A DNA stretch of 64,000 bases from positions 38,192,001 to 38,256,000 of the forward strand of contig NC_042998.1 of NCBI RefSeq assembly GCF_006345805.1. The letters are read 5' to 3'. Position numbers and translations under genes: made by a program. Below the pieces are notes generated by a model, which did not search any database, had not been told where the DNA came from, and worked only from the letters and a program-made list of their open reading frames with translations. Of this stretch, positions 53,634-64,000 are shown one piece after another (position 1 is the first letter of the stretch; every line of letters starts with the position of its first letter). The stretch comes from Octopus sinensis. Taxonomy: Eukaryota.

Positions 53634-54756
53634 ATATATACGTGGAAAATATTTCTCTGATAACTAGATCCCTATCCTGAATGAAACTAGTCTTACAACG
53701 GTGATATCTTCTGCAATGTTTCCGCAGGGTTATCTCTGATTATATGGTTTATTGTGACAATTTACTTCATGCATTTCTCTATCAACAGTGAGATCAATCC
53801 CACCTCCTAAATCAATTAGCTTCATTGTCGCTACTTTGTAAAATGATATAAGTATCAGGTCAACCGATGTTTTAATATCTAAGACAAAAATTTATTATAT
53901 GCTTGTATTTTCATATCTGTGTTTGATATAAAACCATAATATATTCAAGTTCCGTAGGGCGCTAAGCTTCCAGCAAGAAAAGGAACGCTTCTCTACACCG
54001 TACATCTAGAAATCATTCTAGATAAAGCCAAAATATAGAGAGGTACGAGTTCTAAAAAACAAATTTATTCTGACATAAGTCAAGAATGTAACACATAGGC
54101 GGCAAGTCAAAGACCAAAGTTTCATGAATGTCGTTACATCAGAGAATTTTGAAGATATTGTAAGATGGTTCTCGAAGAAATTTGAAATACTTGTCCTAAT
54201 TGTGTCTTCTTCTAAAGTCACCTGACAACAATACTTTGCAAATGTCACAGGAATTTTATTTTACATCTAATTAAAAATTTATAAATTTTGTTTTATGCAT
54301 TTGTCTTTACGAAGAGACTTAGGCCGTGACTGAAGCATGTGACCTGTATATCAGTTTTTATAAGCTTCTTCTTACGTTACGTGTGCATGACAACGGTTTT
54401 ATCTCAGCAGAATTCATTTTTAGTTTCGTACTGTCATTAAAATCACATTAGTATAATAAACTAAAAAAAAAAGCAAAGACCATAAGCAATGCGACACAGT
54501 TTGGCTATGTTTCCGACACGTACTAATCACCTCCTAAAAACGTGATCTCCAAACTTGTTCACAAATATCAGTAGTATGGATGCACTTGAAGCTAAATGTG
54601 TGAAACAGTTTTTTTTATAGACGAACGAAAGGAAGCAAATATAAAATTGAACCCATCAAATCGCTATGAAAGTATTTATATAGAAATTCAAATGAAAGCA
54701 TACACACACAAATACATACATACATACACACATACATACATACATACATACATACA

Positions 54757-54792
<36 letters not shown>

Positions 54793-54797
54793 TATAC

Positions 54798-54872
<75 letters not shown>

Positions 54873-55469
54873 ATATATATATAAACAACTATACGTGTGT
54901 GTGTGTGCTCGTGTATGTGTAAAGAAGTAAATTTCTCCGTACGGATCACTCAGGAAAATACATAACCTTATAATCAAATACACGTAATTACGATTATACA
55001 TGTGCATGTGTCATGTATATATGCGTGTGTGTGAGAGAGAGAGAGAGAGAGAGTGTGTGTGTGTGTGGTTGAGTGTTAATGTCATGATTGAAATATTTTA
55101 ATAAAATATACAATGATATTCCTACCATGTAAAGAGAAATAAGGTAATGTTTGTTATTTGTGTAGATATTCACCTAAAGGTCAATATGTCATCCGGCTCC
55201 GAAGATATTAAACTTGTGTACTGCCATGGTTTTTGAGGATGAATCACATCTAATTACGTTTAAATCATACAACCTATATTTAGGTATTTTGAAATTGGAG
55301 ACGTTACACCAATTGAAATGCAGATTCCAATGATGGGAAATATAGCTGCATCCATATTTAGTATGTATTTCCGATACGAATTTAGACATTTAATTCACTC
55401 GTTTAAGATCAGTGATGTTGATAAGATTTTTGGAACCAGATCGTTACTTCTTTTTATAGGAACCGTTTA

Positions 55470-55718
55470 CCATTTACTTCTTTTAGTCGTTAGACTGCAG
55501 CCATGCTGAGGCACCGACTTGAAGAATTTTTAATCGAATGAATCGACCCCAGGACTTATATCAATATTTCTAAGCCCGGTATTTATTCTATCGGTCTCTT
55601 TTGCCGAGCCACGAAGTTACAGGGACATAGATATACCAACATCGGTTCTCAAGCAATAGGATGGGGGAATAACAACACAGACACAGACAAACAAATACAC
55701 ACACATACATACATATAA

Positions 55719-55792
<74 letters not shown>

Positions 55793-56233
55793 AGGCGCAA
55801 TGGTCCAGTGGTTAGGGCAGCGGACTCGCGGTCGTAGGATCGCGGTTTCGATTCCCAGACCGGGCGTTGCGAGTATTGATTGGGCGAAAACACCTAAAAG
55901 CTCCACGAGGCTCCGGCAGGGGGGGGGGGCTGATCCCTACTATGCTCTTTCACCACTCTTTCTCCCACTCTTTCTTCTGTTGGCCTGCTCACTTAGCCAC
56001 CGGGGTGGCGTTATTCGAAGGCTAAAACAATGCGAATGCATTGTGACCATCGATGTGTAACAACATCTGATGGTCTGGTCAGTCACATATATATATATGT
56101 GACGGGCTTCTTTCAGTTTCCGTTACCAAATCGACTCACATTGCTTTGGTCGGCCCGAGGCTATAGTAGAAGACTTAACCCGGAATCCTGTGGTTGAGAA
56201 GCATCCTTCTTACCACACAGCCAGGTCTGCGTC
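55470..56233 (-). mobile_element. SINE family A interrupted by a nested SINE
   Basis: Tail half at 55470-55740 and head half at 56095-56233. Confidence 0.82.
55791..56086 (+). mobile_element. SINE with a family C head and a different 3' tail, nested in (TA)n
   Basis: GGAGGCGCAATGGTCCAGTGG (A box) and GGTTTCGATTCCC (B box); 5' body matches 14220-14337; the tail differs. Confidence 0.85.
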
Positions 56234-57059
56234 CGGAAAGATTATAAAAATTAGCAAAAGCAAGACACAACCTTCCACACGTTACCAGTGGTAGTCTTCG
56301 ACAAGTATCAGCGATATTTTTCAGATGTGATCCGGATTGAGATTTGTGTCTTGTTCATGTCTTGCAGACCGAAGCCAGACAATATAATATTGACAAAACC
56401 AAACAATAGAAACACCATTTTGTTCTCTTAAATTTTAAAATGATTCCTATGAAATGGCATATACGTTTTCAAAACCATTTTTTCTTTAGTTAAATAAGAA
56501 GTTTGTAGCTTTGGAATAAACATAATATCAGTTATTTGCCTACTTGTTGCAACGAACGGTTAAACTTTACTTGCCACTCATTTCTTGTTTTATAAAACTC
56601 TGCTAATTTGTAAAACTGAAACCAATTACAGCTTAAAATATGACTCCGGGAAATTCACATATTTGTTTTTGTTGTTGTTTATACATTAACGTAAATCCTT
56701 AATATATTTGGGTAACAACAAAAATGACATTTTTTCTTCAGTTTTTTTTTCCAATATTCACAAACCAACTACAGACAAGAGAAACAAAGAACTTTGTGGG
56801 GGCACTTATTCTCTATAATCAACAGAATGAAATGAGGCGATGCACGTAGTTTACGGAACCCTACTCTTCGATACGGGTAAATATTGGATTCGCTGAGGAG
56901 TCTCTTTGGATTTTGTCAGCATTAGACATCAAGCACTCTAATACGTAGCTAACTTCAGTCTATCCCTTGCGCATGCACACTCCTTAATCACTTAATATTT
57001 CAACGTATTTCGACACGAACTTGCCATGAAACGGGATGTATTTTGTGTGTTTGGGATCA

Positions 57060-57240
57060 ACCGGAAGATAGCGAACCAATACAAACCTTATCGACATCTC
57101 TTGCTTTATTTTATTTTGCTAAAAGGCAAAACGGTGCCAGAAACCTTCAGCAACATATAAGAAGATGCTTTTAGGGAAAGTGCGTACCAGAGGTGGTTTT
57201 CAAGATTTCGATCTGGAAGTTTTTCAGTTCCGGCCAACTG
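57060..57240 (+). mobile_element. Mariner transposase N-terminal relic
   Basis: YRHLLLYF..EDAFRESAYQRWFSRFRSGSFSV matches the mariner HTH pattern HFRH.LLF.F..QRWF.RFRSG.F. Confidence 0.72.
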
Positions 57241-57392
57241 AGATTAACGGAGACACTAACACCAATTATGTGCCCAAGATGATTGAAGATATTTCCTAAA
57301 TTGCAGATATTTCCTAAATGTCCAAACCGTGAATTGAAAATTATCTGCTTGCTGCTCCCAGTGTTTTGCGTATCTCGTCGTGTTGAGTGAAG

Positions 57393-57444
57393 TTAATCCC
57401 ACCAGTATATGGCACCACGTAATGCCATATACTGGTGGGATTAA
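57393..57444. repeat. Perfect 22-bp hairpin with an 8-nt loop
   Basis: TTAATCCCACCAGTATATGGCA ccacgtaa TGCCATATACTGGTGGGATTAA. Confidence 0.9.
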
Positions 57445-57463
57445 TATACATATATTCAATGCA

Positions 57464-57535
<72 letters not shown>

Positions 57536-59403
57536 TATAGATATATATACATATATATATATAATATATATATATATATATGCATACATGTATGTGTGTG
57601 TATGCGTATATATACATATATATATATATATATATACATATTATTAAAAAGCAGATTGAATCTTGCTTGCTTGCAATGTTACTCAGCCAAACTGGCGCGT
57701 AATTGGAAAATATTCTTCATCCTGAAAGGGAAGAACCTCTTATCTTTCTATTAGACACAGCAGTTGATAACGAAAAAAATACGATTTTTTTTACATTAAA
57801 CTTTTCTATTTTTGCTTTTGTTAAACACAATATTTTCATCATTTAGAAAACATCATAAGAGAATGTAATTTCAAAAATTCAATTTGTTTGTACAGTAAGT
57901 ATTTATATTTTAGCTTTCTTTAATCAGACAATATTTTAATGTTTTTTAAATTATTTTCAAGTGAATACAATTCAAAAATTGGGTGGGGGAGCAAATTTAA
58001 AATATATTCTAAAGTGAAAATGACTCTAAAAATACGGTAAATATAGCGTAAAAGACCCGTTCGTAACCTCAATGTGAAATAGTTGGGGCTTTTTTCCATA
58101 GGCGTTTTTCGAGTGCATTCATTGTATCTCACTTCCAAAGATTTTGCTGCTATTTCTAGCACGCTCTGTTATCATGTAACAGCTATTTGCGATAAAGGAC
58201 CCGAAATATCTGCTACGCAGTAGCAGAGTGTGCAAGAAATAGCAGCCAAATCTTTCGGGGGGGGCGCCATTTACGCGTGATTTCGATGTTACTTTCGTTG
58301 GAAACATGTGAAATAACCTGGAAAAGAAAACAAAACCCACGAAAGAAAACTTCGTTGCTGGAAAACTCAGAGTTTCCCGGTGACTCAACGGGTCGTGGAT
58401 AGTCTAGTATATATATAGAGAGAATTATATATATATATATGTCTGAGTGCTCGTAAAGAATCGATATATGTGTAAGACTTGTTTGTCTTTGATGTATGTC
58501 GTGTAACATATATATATATTTAGATCGTGATATGTATGTGTGTGTGTGAGAAGGAGAGAGAGAGAGAGGGGATATGCGTGTCTCGTAAGTTTGTGTCACA
58601 GCATGACTTAAGCCCAATAAGAAAATGTAGCAAAAAGTGTTAAACGATCTCATTCAAAGGTAGAGACTTCGATGCTGCTAATAGACATTGAGATATTACT
58701 TTACTTAAAACATGAAGAACTCGTAAATCTATTAGTTTGTGTTAGAGTGACAAGAACGTTGATAGGCTTTGATACGACTTTTATCCTGAATTAAATGCGC
58801 AGCAATATATATGTATTCGTTTCCAAACCACCGGTACTTGTAAATAGTTTATTCATTGCACAAACATAAGGGATTATCTTTAAATTTATGTATTAGACTT
58901 TTAGACAGGAACATTTAAATATACCGAAGCAAAAGCCACACTATTTGTCTTTTTACATTTTCTGTTACTGACTTTTTGAAAAGTTCCCATTAAATCACCA
59001 TCAAGTTGTTGTAACTAACCTACTGTCAAAAGGATATGAATATACGTGGTAAATATAACGTGTGCAATTAACGATTCCATTATTGCAGTAACTTTACTCA
59101 AATAATTGATTACTTTTCACTTCTAACGTACAACTTGCCAATTATTTGTTAAACTTTTTTTCCTTATTTCTGAGGGCGTATGTGTTCGTTTGCGAGTCTG
59201 TGTAAGTGTGTATGTGTGCGCGTGTCGATCGTGCGTTGGCGTAAAATGCTTGATTTGAAGGAGACGGTTTCAGTTTCCATTCCGTTAAGCGGCACATTCT
59301 GGTTGTTTAGATAATGCCATATAAATGAAACTTGGTTGAGTGAAATGAAGTTAAGTTCTTCGAGTACATAGATAGACACACAAGCACATACAAAAATGCA
59401 TAC

Positions 59404-59466
<63 letters not shown>

Positions 59467-59511
59467 CAAGTGTATGTGTATATATACATACACACACGCA
59501 CACACACACAG

Positions 59512-59605
<94 letters not shown>

Positions 59606-59613
59606 ATATATAT

Positions 59614-60460
59614 AAATAGTAAAAAGTGAAGAAACTACAGAAGGCTTGTTTTAAAAGGTTAAAAATATATATTTGAGTCATTATGTCAGAAGAATGTTAT
59701 AAATTTTTTTCATACTATAACATAGTTTTTGAAGAAATGACCGGTTTCGTGTTCAGCTTTTCAAATTTCTTACATCGTTATGATTTCGTTGAGAAGTGTA
59801 AAGGAGAGTTCCAGGTAAGAGGAGGTAACAAGTGATTTCTTCCGGTGTAAGGGAGATAATCGCTTAATATTTCTTGCCTTTTTTGCGGGGTGAGTTTCTC
59901 TGTATAAGAATGTTGGAGTGGTTAAGTTTGGGCTTATATTTTTCAATGAAGAATGTTTCCTTGTTTAGTCTAATTTGTGTTGGTGTTCCGATAGCACATT
60001 GGTAAAATGGAAAGATTAAAAATTGTGGTAGTAGTTGTTTTGCGCATTTCTCAATGTGCTCACTAAAGGGTATCATTCTGTATTCTGGGAATGCAATCTG
60101 TTGTCGATGCAAGGAAACATTCTTCATTGAAAAATATAAGCCCAAACTTAACCACTCCAACATTCTTATACAGAGAAACTCACCCCAAAAATATGGCAAG
60201 AAATATTAAGCGATTATCTCCCTTACACCGGAAGAAATCACTTATTACATTCCCTTACCTGGAACCCTCCTTTACACTTCTCAACGAAATCATAACGATG
60301 TAAGAAATTTGAAAAGCTGAACGCGAAACCGGTCATTTCTTCAAAAACTATGTCATTGTATGAAACAAATTTATAACATTCTTCTGACATAATGACTCAA
60401 ATATATATTTTTTAACCTTTTAACACAAGCCTTCTGTAGTTTTTTCACTTTTTACTATTT
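59614..60460 (-). mobile_element. Truncated Penelope-like element with 350-bp inverted arms
   Basis: Arms at 59614-59963 and 60110-60460. Minus strand LHRQQIAFPEYRMIPFSEHIEKCAK..RLNKETFFIEKYKPKLN is the GIY-YIG C-terminal half. One HHR per arm; (TA)n flanks. Confidence 0.87.
60302..60341 (+). ncRNA. Minimal type I HHR, U3-A8 core variant (mirror copy at 59732-59771, minus)
   Basis: AAGAAAT-TTGAAAA-GC tgaac GC-GAAA-CCGG-TC-ATTTCTT: 7-bp stem I, GUC site, ACCGGT palindrome. Confidence 0.72.
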
Positions 60461-60490
60461 TCTATATATTCAACCACGTGCTTTCACACA

Positions 60491-60575
<85 letters not shown>

Positions 60576-60654
60576 CAATTTACAAAACAACAAAAGACAG
60601 ATGTGTAAACAACAAACAGACATATTAGTTTAACGCTCGGGAAGAAATTTGTGC

Positions 60655-61120
60655 GGGAGGACAAGGGTTCGGGCCTTAAGGCTACTGGTCCTCCTTGTCC
60701 TATTCTGTATTGTCCGGGCCCTTAGGAACCACCTGATCTCTTTTGATACCAGGACGTTTCACAGGATCACCGATTACCATTGGGCGGATTTTGTATTCAA
60801 CCAAAGACTCTACTCAAAAACACCGATGCGTCTTATTATTACTTGTATGATTTGGGACACCAGCTCAGACTGTTTGGTTATGTTGTTCGTTTTTTCCGAG
60901 TTCGATCCGGCGTATCGTGTGCTTTTCTCGGCGGATCTGGCTGGGGTGACCGATTGTTTTGGTCGACCAAATACACATGGACACAGTAGGATGGGGAAAG
61001 TATCTCGCAGAGATGAGAATTGACTAGGACACTGCTCAGAGTGGTGCCAGGAACAACCTGAGCAAAAACCAACAAATGGCGGATGTAGCGACACGCTGCA
61101 ATGTCACGTGTCCCCATCCT
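60655..61120 (+). mobile_element. RTE-clade LINE 3' relic
   Basis: HRITDYHWADFVFNQRL..HQLRLFGYVVRF..DPAYRVL..GRPKYTW matches the RTE C-terminus. Frameshifted. Confidence 0.8.
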
Positions 61121-63284
61121 ACGTAGTTCAAACCTTTCTGGAATTATAGCTAAGGAAATAACAAAATCCATTGCTGCGAATTTTCTACTTTACAATGAAT
61201 TCTGTTTTAATAAATCCCTTTAAAATAACTTTTCAGTTGCGGTTCTGATGACAGATATGCCTCACCACACCAATTCTGGCTGTGATGGCTGTTTTTCAAT
61301 GTATACAGTTACAATTCTCCTTCCTCTTCATTAATGGACTACTTGCTAACAGAAATGTAAGAACCATGACTTGGTCACTACAATAGCTGGGCATAGTATT
61401 AAACTCTTTCTTAAATCACACCTTACGCTCTTTGGAAAATATTCATTATAGGACAATATATACAACAAGACATTATCGTTATATTGCCATCAACATGTTG
61501 CTTTTCTCTTTTTAGACGTAAGCCAATATTAAGTTTAATGATATTTAAATATGATGAAAATTGACATCATTTCAGCTTTAAAATAGTATCATTTCAACAT
61601 TAAAATGAAATTATTTGTAATTAGGAAATATTTCATTTCAAACATGTCTCATTGCATTTCGATTATTTGTTCGTTTTCTTTTTTTACCTCTTATTTTATC
61701 CTATTTATTGTTTGTTGGTTTTTTTTCTTCTTTGTGCTACATAATTATGTTTCCGATGAGCAAAGATCTGATACCTTTGATGCAGATTCTAGATGACGCC
61801 GTTTATTATCAAAATGCAAAATTGGATGCTCAGCATCAACGTTACCGCAGGCATGTAAAGTTATGATACAAAAATTATCGAGGAGCTAAACAAACAACGA
61901 AATTTCTTCGTTATACTCATGAAATACTGTACAAATACTGCTTCGTCAAACAAATGACGATATTGAATTTAGCTACGTCGGCTCTTTCTTTTTCTTTCAT
62001 CTCCATTAACCCACTAAGCTGCTAACTGATTCCACGTTCTTCATTGTGCTTTAGTATAATTGCTTGCGCGTTTGTCTTTACCCACAGAAATTAAATACAA
62101 ATAAATTTAGTATCAGCTAACAAAAGAAAATTATAAAGAAATTCATTTGACTAGCATATCAGTACAGATCTAATTGTTATACAGACGTTATGCGAGAATG
62201 CTTTTCGCCTGAATCTCAAATAAATTTTCTATATTATATTTCATTCAAAAATAATTTTTACCCTTGAGTAACAAAATAATGATTTCTTTGCAGTGTCGTG
62301 TCACACCATATCTAAATTGTCGGCTTTTCTAATGAATCTATTATAATTAGGAAGAATTGGAACGCGTCGTACTTTCAAAGCAAGTGTCACATGACTTGGT
62401 AGCATGCTATTGTTTTCTTAGTGGGAAATGATTAAAGGAAAGTCATTAACTGATTTTAATTTCTGATATAAAAGTATAAATTACAATTTGTTTAAAATAG
62501 ATAAGGCATCGTTTCAACTCCCTTTATTGAACTGGCGGAACTAGTGTTTATTTCCTCTCAGCCCGAGACTACTAGAGCACGTGTTTCAATCGGTAACAAA
62601 TTATGTCAATAATTAAGTAAATAAAGATTGGATAACGAAGAGGTAAATTAAATGACTTGGTCAATGAGATTCACTTTCCTATTCTTATTTTCCTAGTTTG
62701 CCAATAAAGCATTTAAATCTTTCTAATAATGCGATCTAAACTTTAGATCAGCAAAATCTTTTCAACTAATTATTATAAATTGGGTTTTTCTTTTAAATTA
62801 TTTTGCATAAAAGAACTTTACCTCGGATATAACTCGTCGAATAGTACCTAAACACTTCAGTTAGCATATTTTTACAAAATTGATTCTTTCCACCATTATT
62901 TGGCGATTATTTCTATTTCCTCACATTCATTTACCTTCAACGTATGTTCCGAATTTCATTTTTCGAACCACACCTTATCACTATTTGTCAATTCATACAT
63001 GATTTACAAGTCAAGTGAATGAAACACAAATACAATTTTCGTCCATTATTTACTCAATTCTCCCTGTAATGGTAAATTGCGTTTGCATCGTCATTAGTGA
63101 ATTTGCTGTTCAGCAATAAAAAATAATGATAGTTATGTATCGTTGTATTGTGCTATAAGAATATACAGCTGAAGAATCTATTCGTATGGGTTACTGGAAT
63201 GATTTCGTTGTACTATGTCTTATGCATTAAAAATTTACCGACTCAGTTATTTTCAATTCTTTTACAATATGATGGCACATTATT

Positions 63285-63340
<56 letters not shown>

Positions 63341-63471
63341 TACATGGAAAGAAAAAGATATATGAAAACAAATTTACTGAGAAACAATAAATTTTCGACT
63401 ATATCACAGTTAATGAATTCAAATATCATATTATTGATCAATTTTCAACCAACTCCGTATCAGTATTCGAT

Positions 63472-63590
63472 TTTTGGTTGGCCCCAAGATAGACTACAAG
63501 ACACTTGCCCAAATCAGCACGCTATGGGACTGAACCCAAGACCATATGGTTAGGAAGCAAGCGTCTTACCACAAAGCCATGCCTACACCT
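63472..63590 (-). mobile_element. SINE family A head fragment
   Basis: AAGACACTTGCCC..GGGACTGAACCC..CTTACCAC. Confidence 0.75.
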
Positions 63591-63729
63591 GTTTCCATAT
63601 ATATATATATATATATTTAATCATGTCAAAAGGAAATGGAATTTAATTAAAATTTTAAAAAATTTAATCAACATTTACATTTCCAGTGGTTTAACGTGTA
63701 AAAAAATTTAGTCAAAAAGAATATATATT

Positions 63730-63895
63730 AGTTATACGATATAGTGTATATTTAAACACATAAGGAATCCACTTATAGGCATTCTACACGCTAGAAAGAA
63801 CAGATAGGTTCTGTACCCTAGCTGTTCTTTCTAGCGTGTAGAATCCCTATAAGTGGATTCCTTATGTGTTTAAATATACACTATAGCGTATGACT
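63730..63895. repeat. Near-perfect fold-back, 79-bp arms with an 8-nt loop
   Basis: 63730-63808 is the reverse complement of 63817-63895 with about 4 mismatches. Confidence 0.92.
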
Positions 63896-63931
<36 letters not shown>

Positions 63932-64000
63932 TATATTAATTAGAGACAAAACCACTATTATGCAAATCAAACAAAGAAAGACTTTGTCTCTAATTAATAT

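Overview
AT-rich, microsatellite-dense animal DNA. The repeat landscape suggests an octopus or other coleoid cephalopod (inference). I see no intact protein-coding gene, and most ORFs in the supplied track are translations of simple repeats or SINEs. The window is mostly retroelement relics: (1) over 20 copies or fragments of four tRNA-headed SINE families; (2) fragments of R4/Dong, HERO, RTE and CR1-group LINEs, plus a mariner relic; (3) several Penelope-like elements (PLEs) and non-coding elements with long inverted repeats and type I hammerhead-ribozyme (HHR) motifs, nearly all next to (TA)n. The best leads are four. First, a non-coding 484-bp-period HHR element present as a permuted 1.4-mer plus an inverted copy (retrozyme or circRNA-like, 22628-23734). 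Second, a 5S rRNA head fused to the 3' tail of a CR1-group LINE (SINE3-like, 15421-15600). Third, a tRNA-like Pol III promoter inside a PLE just upstream of its HHR (40649-40857). Fourth, minimal dimeric HHRs with a compensatory U3-A8 core in two different PLEs. All calls come from reading by eye and from recalled family motifs; no searches were run, and boundaries are approximate.
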